In this document: in pieces, positions 1-9,200 of the stretch
Numbering within the stretch: the first letter of the stretch is position 1
How the letters are laid out: each line of letters begins with the position of its first letter
Origin: Ranitomeya imitator
Lineage: Eukaryota
Assembly (NCBI RefSeq): GCF_032444005.1
Contig: NC_091285.1
Coordinates: 19,840,001 to 19,904,000, forward strand
Direction of reading: 5' to 3'
DNA length: 64,000 bases
Position numbers and translations under genes: made by a program
The notes under the pieces: generated by a model
The model's database searches: none
Told to the model about the DNA's origin: nothing
What the model saw: the letters and a program-made list of their open reading frames with translations, nothing else

Positions 1-785
1 CAGGATCCTCCACATAGATCCCGCTCCTTATACCTGATATTACCTCACATAATGTGTGTAATGTGTGTGAGATCACAGCCACATCCAGGTCATCTCCATC
101 ATGGAGCTGTTTATCATGTCCTCCTGTGTCCTCATCACCTCCCTCCTCCTCAGGATCACACAAGTCACCGGTGTCTGGTTCCTGTAAGACAGTCAGTGGA
201 TCCGTCATGTTACACAGCTCCTCAATGTGTCTCATCTTCCTGGACAGCTCGTCCTTCTTTATTTCCAGCTGATGGATCCGAGCAGACAGTGACAGTGACT
301 CTTCCTTCTCCTGCCTGGAGATCTCACTCAGGACCTTCTTCTCCAGGTCGTCCACCCGTCTCCTGATGTCTGTACACAGGGCACTGACTCTCTCGGCTTC
401 TCCAGCTGCTTTTTCTTGAGCTTTTCTCCTGTGCTCCTCCAGACTCCGGACTCTTTCCTCAGTCTCCTTTCTCTTTGTGATCAGTTTCTGGAGAACATTT
501 CTCAATTTTTTCTTTTTCTTCCCTGAGGCCTCATCCAGTGACTCCATTTTATGTCCATTATGTTTCCCAATCAAACAGCAGGACACACAGATAGAAGCAG
601 CGTCCTCGGTGCAGTAATATTCCAGGATCTTCTTATGGACAGATGCATGTAAAGAAGCTGCGGAGACACCATCACGTGTTTCTCGACGCAAGCAGTGAAT
701 AGCCAGGCCTTTCCCCGGGAAGGAACAACCACGGGAAGGGCAGCATCCTATGAAGGAAAGCCACCTATGCCAAGCATGGTATCCA

Positions 786-830
786 TCCACAGACAGCTGT
801 TTCAGGGTTTTTGCCCCTCATCAGTGTGGA
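786..830 (-). ncRNA. Type I hammerhead ribozyme motif, copy 1
   Basis: The reverse complement reads UCCACA CUGAUGA GGGG-CAAAAA-CCCU GAAA CAGCUG UC^ UGUGGA: stem I, conserved core, stem II, palindromic mini stem III and a GUC cleavage triplet. Confidence 0.85.
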
Positions 831-1138
831 GTAGGAATCTGGCTATTAGGAGCAGTGCCTAGTAAAAAGGCTATAAGGGCACAGATGATTGGCCTCGGGG
901 AGACCAAAACATCCAACACCGCGGAGACACCATCACGTGTTTCTCAACGCAGTGATTCCAGAACACTGCCCCCATCCCTTATGGGAAATATGCAGATGCA
1001 TGTAAAGAAGCTGCGGAGACACCATCACGTGTTTCTCGACGCAAGCAGTGAATAGCCAGGCCTTTCCCCGGGAAGGAACAACCACGGGAAGGGCAGCATC
1101 CTATGAAGGAAAGCCACCTATGCCAAGCATGGTATCCA

Positions 1139-1183
1139 TCCACAGACAGCTGTTTCAGGGTTTTTGCCCCTCATCAGTGTGGA
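1139..1183 (-). ncRNA. Type I hammerhead ribozyme motif, copy 2
   Basis: Same 45-nt motif, 353 nt from copy 1. Confidence 0.85.
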
Positions 1184-1491
1184 GTAGGAATCTGGCTATT
1201 AGGAGCAGTGCCTAGTAAAAAGGCTATAAGGGCACAGATGATTGGCCTTGGGGAGACCAAAACATCCAACACCGCGGAGACACCATCACGTGTTTCTCAA
1301 CGCAGTGATTCCAGAACACTGCCCCCATCCCTTATGGGAAATATGCAGATGCATGTAAAGAAGCTGCGGAGACACCATCACGTGTTTCTCGACGCAAGCA
1401 GTGAATAGCCAGGCCTTTCCCCGGGAAGGAACAACCACGGGAAGGGCAGCATCCTATGAAGGAAAGCCACCTATGCCAAGCATGGTATCCA

Positions 1492-1536
1492 TCCACAGAC
1501 AGCTGTTTCAGGGTTTTTGCCCCTCATCAGTGTGGA
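1492..1536 (-). ncRNA. Type I hammerhead ribozyme motif, copy 3
   Basis: Same 45-nt motif, 353 nt from copy 2. Confidence 0.85.
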
Positions 1537-1935
1537 GTAGGAATCTGGCTATTAGGAGCAGTGCCTAGTAAAAAGGCTATAAGGGCACAGATGATTGGCC
1601 TCGGGGAGACCAAAACATCCAACACCGCGGAGACACCATCACGTGTTTCTCAACGCAGTGATTCCAGAACACTGCCCCCATCCCTTATGGGAAATATGCA
1701 GATGCATGTAAAGAAGCTGCGGAGACACCATCACCATCAGATGGTGTCTCCGCAGCTTCTTTACATGCATCTGCATATTTCCCATAAGGGATGGGGGCAG
1801 TGTTCTGGAATCACTGCGTTGAGAAACACGTGATGGTGTCTCCGCGGTGTTGGATGTTTTGGTCTCCCCGAGGCCAATCATCTGTGCCCTTATAGCCTTT
1901 TTACTAGGCACTGCTCCTAATAGCCAGATTCCTAC

Positions 1936-1980
1936 TCCACACTGATGAGGGGCAAAAACCCTGAAACAGCTGTCTGTGGA
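1936..1980 (+). ncRNA. Type I hammerhead ribozyme motif, copy 4 (inverted arm)
   Basis: tccaca ctgatga ggggcaaaaaccct gaaa cagctg tc^tgtgga, read directly on the + strand. Predicted cleavage is after 1974. Confidence 0.85.
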
Positions 1981-2689
1981 TGGATACCATGCTTGGCATA
2001 GGTGGCTTTCCTTCATAGGATGCTGCCCTTCCCGTGGTTGTTCCTTCCCGGGGAAAGGCCTGGCTATTCACTGCTTGCGTCGAGAAACACGTGATGGTGT
2101 CTCCGCAGCTTCTTTACATGCATCTGCATATTTCCCATAAGGGATGGGGGCAGTGTTCTGGAATCACTGCGTTGAGAAACACGTGATGGTGTCTCCGCGG
2201 TGTTGGATGTTTTGGTCTCCCCGAGGCCAATCATCTGTGCCCTTATAGCCTTCTTATGGACAGAACATTTCCTTTTCTCCAGAGAAGTGCTGGGATCAGA
2301 TAAGACGTGTTCTGCTGATTTGCTGTGAGATCTCAGGTGTTTATCACACAGAGAAGCCTCACAGTGTAGACAGGATCTAACAGCAGGTACCGGAGAGTCC
2401 ACACAGTAAGTGCAGCAGATCCCGGTGATCTCCTCTCGTTCTTGCTGAGTAGTCAGGAAACGTTCTGCGACATTATGGAGATTTATGTTCCTCATCAGTG
2501 TCGGCCGCTCCTGAAACTCTTCTCTGCATTCAGGACAGGAATAAACTCCAGACTCGTCCTGTGTATCCAGCACACGACCAATACAGACCCGGCAGAAGTT
2601 GTGTCCACATTTCAGTGTTACAGGGTCCTTAAATGTAGATAAACAGATGGAGCAGAGCAGCTCGTCTCTCAGAATAACAGACGCCATGG

Positions 2690-2721
2690 CTGCGGAAGAA
2701 GGAAGAAAGGAAACTGAAAGT
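2690..2721 (-). promoter_or_regulatory. 3' splice acceptor 2 nt upstream of the TRIM ATG, with an overlapping IRF-E/ISRE-like motif
   Basis: The minus strand reads pyrimidine tract + CAG|CCATGG in all five copies (AG at 2691-2690, 21679-21678, 32191-32190, 45885-45884, 61581-61580). GAAACTGAAAGT lies at 2710-2721 on +. Confidence 0.6.
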
Positions 2722-2914
2722 GTCTATTACTCAATACTTAGCAATGTTGAAGTTACACCCATTCACTTAACTCATTAAAGGGAACCTGACACCTGCTTAT
2801 GCTACTCCATTGTGAGAGTATCATGCTGTAGGGGCAAAGACCCTGATTCCAGCAATTTATCACTTCCTTTATTGGATCCTGCATTTTTGATTCAAAACTG
2901 TTTTAATCCCTTAA

Positions 2915-3805
2915 AGGGAACCTGTCACCCCTTTTTTCAGTACGAGATAAAAATACTGTTAAATAGGGCCTGAGCTGTGCGTTACAATAGTGTATTTTGT
3001 GTACCCTGATTTCCCACCTATGGTGCCGAAATACCTTACCAAAGTTGGCGTTTTCGCCTGTCAATCAGGCTGGTCTGGTCATATGGGCGTGGTGACATCG
3101 TTGTTTCTTCCCCCAGATCTTGCATATCTTTCCGTTGGTGGCGTAGTGGTTTGCGCATGCCCATCTTCTGAATCCACTGGGCAGGAGAAGAAAAAACGCG
3201 CGATCGGCGCTATTTCCCTGGTGATATGTGGGGGCGGCCATCTTCCTGAGGCCGCGCGTGCGCATATCGAGTCCTCTGCTGCCCGGGGCTTCAGGAAAAT
3301 GGCCGTGGGATGCCGCGCGTGCGCAGATGGAAATTGCGGTGGCTATTTTCCTGAAGCCGAGATGCGAACTCGACTTCAGGAAAGTGGCCGCCGCGATCTC
3401 CATCTGCGCACGCGCGGCATCCCGTGGCCATTTTCCTGAAGCCCCGTGCAGCAGAGCACTCCATCTGCGACCAAGCAGCCTCAGGAAGATGGCCGCCCCC
3501 ACTGATGACAGGGGTAATAGCGCAGATCGTGCGCTGTTTCTTCACCTGCGCGCAGTGGATTCGTAACTTGGACATGCGCACACCACTACGCCACCAACGG
3601 AAAGCTGGGGAAGAAAAGAGCGATGTCACCACGCCCACCTGACCTGACCAGCCTGATTGACAGGCGAAAACGGCGACTTTGGTAATGTATTTCGCAGCAT
3701 AGGTGGGGAATCAGGGTACACTACATACACTATTGTAACACACAGCGCAGGCCCTATTTAACAGTATTTTCATCTCAATCTGAAAAAAGGGGTGACAGGT
3801 TCCCT
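2915..3805. mobile_element. T2/Kolobok-type MITE, nearly palindromic throughout
   Basis: TTAA at 2911-2914 and 3806-3809. TIRs agggaacctgtcaccccttttttcag / ctgaaaaaaggggtgacaggttccct. Mirrored internal ORFs (MGAAIFLR... on both strands). Confidence 0.9.
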
Positions 3806-4599
3806 TTAATGTTTTTATTGGTACATTTTTGAGGTCCATAACACTTTTTGATCGCTTTCTGTTACGATTTTTGGGAGTCAAAATAAACAAAAAACAGCAA
3901 TTCAGGAATTGTTTGTTTGTTTTTTTTATTCCATTTCGCATGTGGTAAAATTAATAAGACAGCTGTATTCTTTGCATCAGTATAGCGATAACATATTTAT
4001 GTTACTTTTTATGTTTTTGCATTTTTACACAACAAAACCATTTATAGAAAAAATAATTAGTTCGTTGTATGCTAAGAGCTATAACTTTTTAATTTTTCAG
4101 CAGATGGAGCTGTATGGCGGCTTGTTTTCTGCGGGACGTTTTCAGAGACACCAAATCTATTTACATTTGTCTTTTTTATTGCATTGTATTCCACTTTTTT
4201 TTCCAGCGGTATAATGAAAAACCATTGTTTTTTTACGGTGAAATAGTTAACTAGTGTGGCGCGTCCATAGATCGTGTCGTACTGGATGCAGCGATACCTA
4301 ATATTCTCTTTATGGATGCAGCAATAGAGATGAGCACTATTAGCACTTTATACCGCAGTGTTTGCTATTAGTTGATTTCTATTGGGAGCATTGCTGGTGA
4401 TGTGGTTAACACAGTAGCCGCCTGGCACGTTTCAGCATTTCATTCTTCGGCGGCTGGTCTGTTGTCTTTAATCGCTCACGGTGTTACTTTTACTTTTATG
4501 TATTTATGATGTTCTATTCTTGAACTTAAACTACTGGTTATCTGTGATCTATTGTGGATTCCCCTATATTCCTGCTTCAGCAGGTTTTTATTCTGTTTA

Positions 4600-5907
4600 T
4601 TTATCATTCTGTGTATTAGTAAGATTCCTAGGGAAGACATAATAGCCTTCCTCCTGCTGATGAAGTCGGCAACAGCTTTTTTGGCAGATACGTCCGCGGA
4701 GTTAGTAAGGTTCTCAACTAGAAACAGTTCTTTGTCTAATGCAGCCCGCAGGGCCAACTGGATGAAGACCTGGTCAGGGGACGCTTCTAAAAATAAAATA
4801 TGTTCCATTCTCATCTCATGGTTAAGGGTGTTTGGCCTTAGACGATATCTTAGAGAAAGCATCAGATAAAAGAAAGGATTTCCCGAAGATATGTTTAGAA
4901 GTACTCAGTCCTCTTGCAAACCTGGGCCATCTCGGAGACAGTCCGATTATAGGGGCTAGGAGAGGTCCAGTAGAGGAACCTACCACAATGGAGGGAAAGG
5001 TAAAGGATCCCTATTCGGGTCAGGCTTAAGATCAAGGAGGCAATGACGGCCATCCTGGTCGGGGGGCGACTCAGGCAGTTCTCAAGAAGTTGGCACCATA
5101 TTACCCAAGACTAGTGGGTTTTGAGGACCATTGCGGACAGGTATGCAATAGAATTTACAGTGCCCCCCCGAAAGGTTTATTGCTCCCCGTACCTTGTTGT
5201 CAGATTCTTTTAAAGTCGCAGACATAAGAGAGCTGGTCGACACAGCTGTTGTAATCCTGGTCCCTTGGTCAGAAGAGGGCAAAGGATATTATTCAGCGGT
5301 ATTCACCATCATAAAGCCATCGGGCGAATCATGCACTATAATAAATCTAAAGCCCTTAAACTTTCGAGTAAAATACAAAAGATTCAGGATGGAGTCAATA
5401 AAATTACCCTTATAGACAGGGATGCATTTATGTGCACCCAGGATCTTAAAAGTGCGTATTACCAGGTCCCAATACATCCAGCATCCCAAAAATGTTTGAG
5501 ATCTGCAGTAAAAATCCAGGATCGAACCTGCCACTTTCAATTTCAATGCCTTCCATTCAGCCTAGCCTCGGCTCCTCGAGTATTTACCAAATTGGTGTCA
5601 GAGATCGTAGCCTATTTAAGGGACTGGGGGATAGTTCCATATCTGAACAATTTCCTCATGGTGGCGAGTTCAGTGGAGGAGCTCCGGTCCCACAGGGAAA
5701 AGACCATATCCACCTTGGGGTACCTAGGTTGGATCCTCAATTAGCAGAAGTCGGACTTGGTGCCGGGAAACAGGAAGATTTTCCTGGGAGTGCTGTTGGA
5801 TTCCAGACGCGGAGCATCCTTCCTGCCAGAAGAAAAACAGGATACTGTGATAAAAAGAATCCGAGAGTTCCTGAGAAGTCCGGCTTCAATCAGGTCAGCA
5901 ATGAAGA
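4600..5907 (+). mobile_element. DIRS1-like retrotransposon, left part (ORF1 C-terminus and RT), degenerate
   Basis: ...AFLADTSAELVRFSTRNSSLSNAARRANWMKTWSGD... (DIRS ORF1-like). RT motifs QDLKSAYYQVPIHP, FQFQCLPFSLASAPRVFTK, PYLNNFL. Frameshifted. Left boundary approximate. Confidence 0.8.
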
Positions 5908-6233
5908 TTTTTTTTTTTTAAATTCGTTTATTAACCATAATGTTGAAAGAACAACAACATAATACACAAATTTATACTCCTTAGTATTACATACAATATT
6001 GAGTACGTACAATGTATACATAACTGAATATCATAGTGTGTGTCCAACATATCTTTTACTCCACTGAAACCGTACATATCTGACGTGGAGTCATGAAAAT
6101 TTTACAGTTATTAAATCTTAACTATAACTGTATCTTACTAACTACTTTCTGCCGCCTAACAATAAACCTACGTCCCTTTCTGCATGATACCTAGAAAGAA
6201 TTGACACTTTGCACTAGTATAAATAACCATGAG

Positions 6234-9200
6234 TTATAAAGTGAGGTGAGAGGAGTTCCAGCCGCTCCAGATCTTCTCAAATTTACCCGGGCATCCTCTA
6301 TTTTGATACAGTGTACGTTCGTATGGGATAATCGAATTTACTAACTCAACCCAGGCTCTGAGTGAGGGACACGAACCCCCCATCCACCACATTGCCACCA
6401 CCTTCCTTGCCATGAAAAGTGACTCTCGTAAGAAAATTGCAACGTGATGACCCCAAGTCTCCTCGCCCCACACCCCAAACAAACAATTTAGTGGCTCAAG
6501 AGGAACAGGGGCCAATACTATAGAGGAGAGTAATGAGGTCACCTCCTTCCAGTATTGAAGAACGACCGGGCAGCTCCACATCATGTGAACAAAGTCCGCA
6601 TCTGACAGGTGACAGCGCAGACATTCCGCAGAGTGAAGTCGACCCATTTTAAAAAGCCGCACGGGAGTTAGATATGATTGGTATATTATGTATAATTGTG
6701 TCATTCTGTTGTTAACCGATGGGGATACCCTCATCGGGGACTCTAAAATTTCCTCCCATTCTTCTTCCTGTGTGTCAGGAATGAGTCTCTCCCATTTCTC
6801 CTTAATGAGTCTTATAACTGATTCCGCACCTACTGATAGCATGTAAGTATATAAAGAGGAAATGAGGCCCTGGGGTCCCTGGGATTTGAGGATTCCTATT
6901 AGAGGCAGAGACGAGATTGTGCGGCCCGTAACCACCCCCCTCATATATGACTGGAAAGCTGATCTTAATTGTAAAAAACGAAAAAATTGGGATCTCGGAA
7001 TATCATGTTTAGTCTGCAACTGTTCAAAGGACACAAAGGTCCCCCGGTCATGTAGATCCCCCACCGAGGTAACACCATGCATCACCCAGAAGGCGGTGGA
7101 CGGGTGATTCAACAACGTTGGAAAATAGCTATTTCCCCAAAGGGGCATTTCAGCTATAATATCTGTATATCCAACAATTTTTTTAATTTGTCTCCAAATT
7201 AATCTTGCCAGTCGAAGCATGGGCAGCGGATGAGGGGTGATCATTCTCTCCGATTCTAGAAAACCCAATGGACACTCCACCCGAGCAGAATGAAGCAAAT
7301 GATGTTCAGAGTTAGGGAGATAACCACCAGGCATCCACGTGACCAATGCCTTAGCCTGCCCCGCCAGATAATATAGAAAGAAGTCCGGTAACGCCGCTCC
7401 ACCCCCCTGCTTAGGTCTCTGTAAAACAGAAAGTTTAAGTTTGGGCCTAGATTTTCCCCATATAAAGGAAGTTATTAGGGAGTTTAAATTAGTAAAGAGG
7501 AACTTAGGTACTGGTACTGCGCTATGTTGCAAACAATAATTAAATTTAGGGAGCAGAACCATTTTGATTAGGTTGATACGGCCCGCAACAGACAGTGGGA
7601 GTTTGCTCCATGATGCAAATTTGGATTTGACTAGTTCTAGTAAAGGATGAATATTAAGTTGTAAATCGGAATTGCTACTTTGGGACATATAAATACCCAG
7701 ATACTTAAAATTTGATACGACCGGTAGTGAGGACAGAGTTTCAAGATTTAACATGGGAGTATGAGAGAGAGGTAGTAGAGCAGATTTGTCCCAGTTTATA
7801 TACAGGCCAGAATATTTACTAAAGACGTCTATGATAGCAATTACTTTGGGCAGTGTTTCCTTTGCCTTATCCATGAATATTACCATATCATCGGCATATA
7901 GGCCGATGGTATCCACCCGACCCGCTATATCTATGCCTCTGATATCCGGGGAGGATCTCATACGTATTGCCAATGCCTCTATTGCGAGAGCAAAGAGAGC
8001 CGGTGAGAGGGGGCATCCCTGACGAGTTCCCCTAAACAATGAGAGGGACTTAGAGATGGAATTATTTATGATTATGCGCGCCGTAGGTTTCATATATAAT
8101 GCCCTGATCCACCCTAGAAATTTATCTCCAAAGCCATATCTCTGTAGGCATGCTGATAGAAAGGGCCATTCAAGAGAATCGAAGGCCTTGGCCGCATCCA
8201 AGGACGCTATTGCCCAATTGTTATCTGACATCAAAGAACTATATTGGATTATGGATTGAACTCGCCTAATGTTAATAGAAGTATTTTTGCCAGGCATAAA
8301 GCCAGTTTGATCTGGATGGATAAGGTCCAATATGATGGAATTCAGTCTAATGGCCAAAATTTTAGTGAAAATTTTATAATCTACATTAACTAACGATATG
8401 GGCCGATAGGAGCCACAATCCAGAAGGTCCTTCCCCTCCTTTTTAAGTATAACAATATTTGCCTCATAAAAGGTATCAGGCATGCATCCTCCCTCCCATA
8501 TGCCCTGGAACACCTTCAGTAGGAGTGGTGCTAGTATACCCCGGTATCTCTTATATAACTCAACAGGAAACCCGTCCGGCCCAGGAGCCTTCCCAGAGGA
8601 CATGTCCATTATGGCATATTCTACCTCTTCCAAAGTGAATGCAGCATCCATAAGTTCTCGCTGAGTGGGATTCAGTGTGGGGAATATTATATCTGATAAA
8701 TAATCTAGACATTGTGAAACGCCGAGGCTACTTTTGGAACTATATAATGATTCATAGTAGTCATAAAAACATTGAAGTATTTCTTCGGTCGTGGACACTA
8801 ATGAGCCGTCTGGCGCACGAATCTGTAATACTGTATTAGATGTATTATGTTGACGTACCAGATAGGCTAGGAATTTACCGGTTTGATTTCCCAATTCAAA
8901 GTATGACTGACGCGTGAAGAACAGCTTACGTTTAGATTTGGTGTCCATGTGTTGAGTGTATAATCTCTGTGAGGTCAACCATTCAATTCTATTGCCATTG
9001 GTTTGGCTGGCTATATATGCGGCCTCCGCATCTCTCAGTCTCTGTTCCACCCCGTCGTCCTCCCTCAAGGTCACCCTTTTTATGTATGTAATTGTGGAGG
9101 ACAGGCATCCCCTCAAGTATGCTTTGAGGGTGTCCCAGAATAAATTGGTGCTCTGGGGCTCTGGGTGAGACGATATGAAACAATTTAACTGATCCTCTGT

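Larger units (their letters stand above)
640..1732 (+). repeat. 353-bp tandem repeat, 3 full units plus 34 bp
   Basis: Identical ORF starts at 750, 1103 and 1456 (period 353). The units are near-identical; one substitution was seen at 1249. Confidence 0.97.
644..2249. mobile_element. Retrozyme-like / Penelope pseudo-LTR insertion (tandem plus inverted 353-bp units)
   Basis: Direct repeat cttcttatggacaga at 629-643 and 2250-2264, with a single copy at the equivalent site in the paralogues. The interior is about 3.1 units in one orientation and about 1.45 units inverted. Each full unit has a hammerhead motif. There is no RT or GIY-YIG coding sequence. Confidence 0.8.
1220..2252. repeat. Long palindrome: 513-bp arms (1220-1732 / 1740-2252) with a 7-nt spacer accatca
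   Basis: ...gcggagacaccatc-accatca-gatggtgtctccgc... The ORF at 1639..2016(-) mirrors 1456..1833(+). One mismatch was noticed (1249 vs 2223). Confidence 0.95.
1..2687 (-). pseudogene. TRIM E3 ligase copy 1 (RING-Bbox1-Bbox2-CC, PRY/SPRY runs off the window), interrupted by a hammerhead-repeat insertion
   Basis: ATG at 2687 (MASVILRDELLCSIC...). The TRIM frame runs to ...KRKCSVHKK at 2250 and resumes at 643 (SVHKKILEYYCTEDAASICVSCCLIGKHNGH...) towards base 1. It is highly similar to the four intact paralogues. The read-through ORF 2064..2687 is 146 TRIM aa plus 61 repeat-derived aa. Confidence 0.93.

Noticed and set aside
52-366. Conserved plus-strand ORFs (MCVMCVRSQPHPG..., MCNVCEI...) seen in all five TRIM copies
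   Set aside because: They are antisense shadows of the homogenised TRIM coiled-coil/linker region; the TRIM frame explains the conservation.
750-2016. Repeated 101-125 aa ORFs (MKESHLCQAW...) as a tandem protein family
   Set aside because: They have no recognisable domain, lie antisense to the ribozyme strand and simply track the 353-bp period.
2990-3642. Several 70-150 aa ORFs on both strands
   Set aside because: They are products of the GC-rich palindromic T2 MITE interior.
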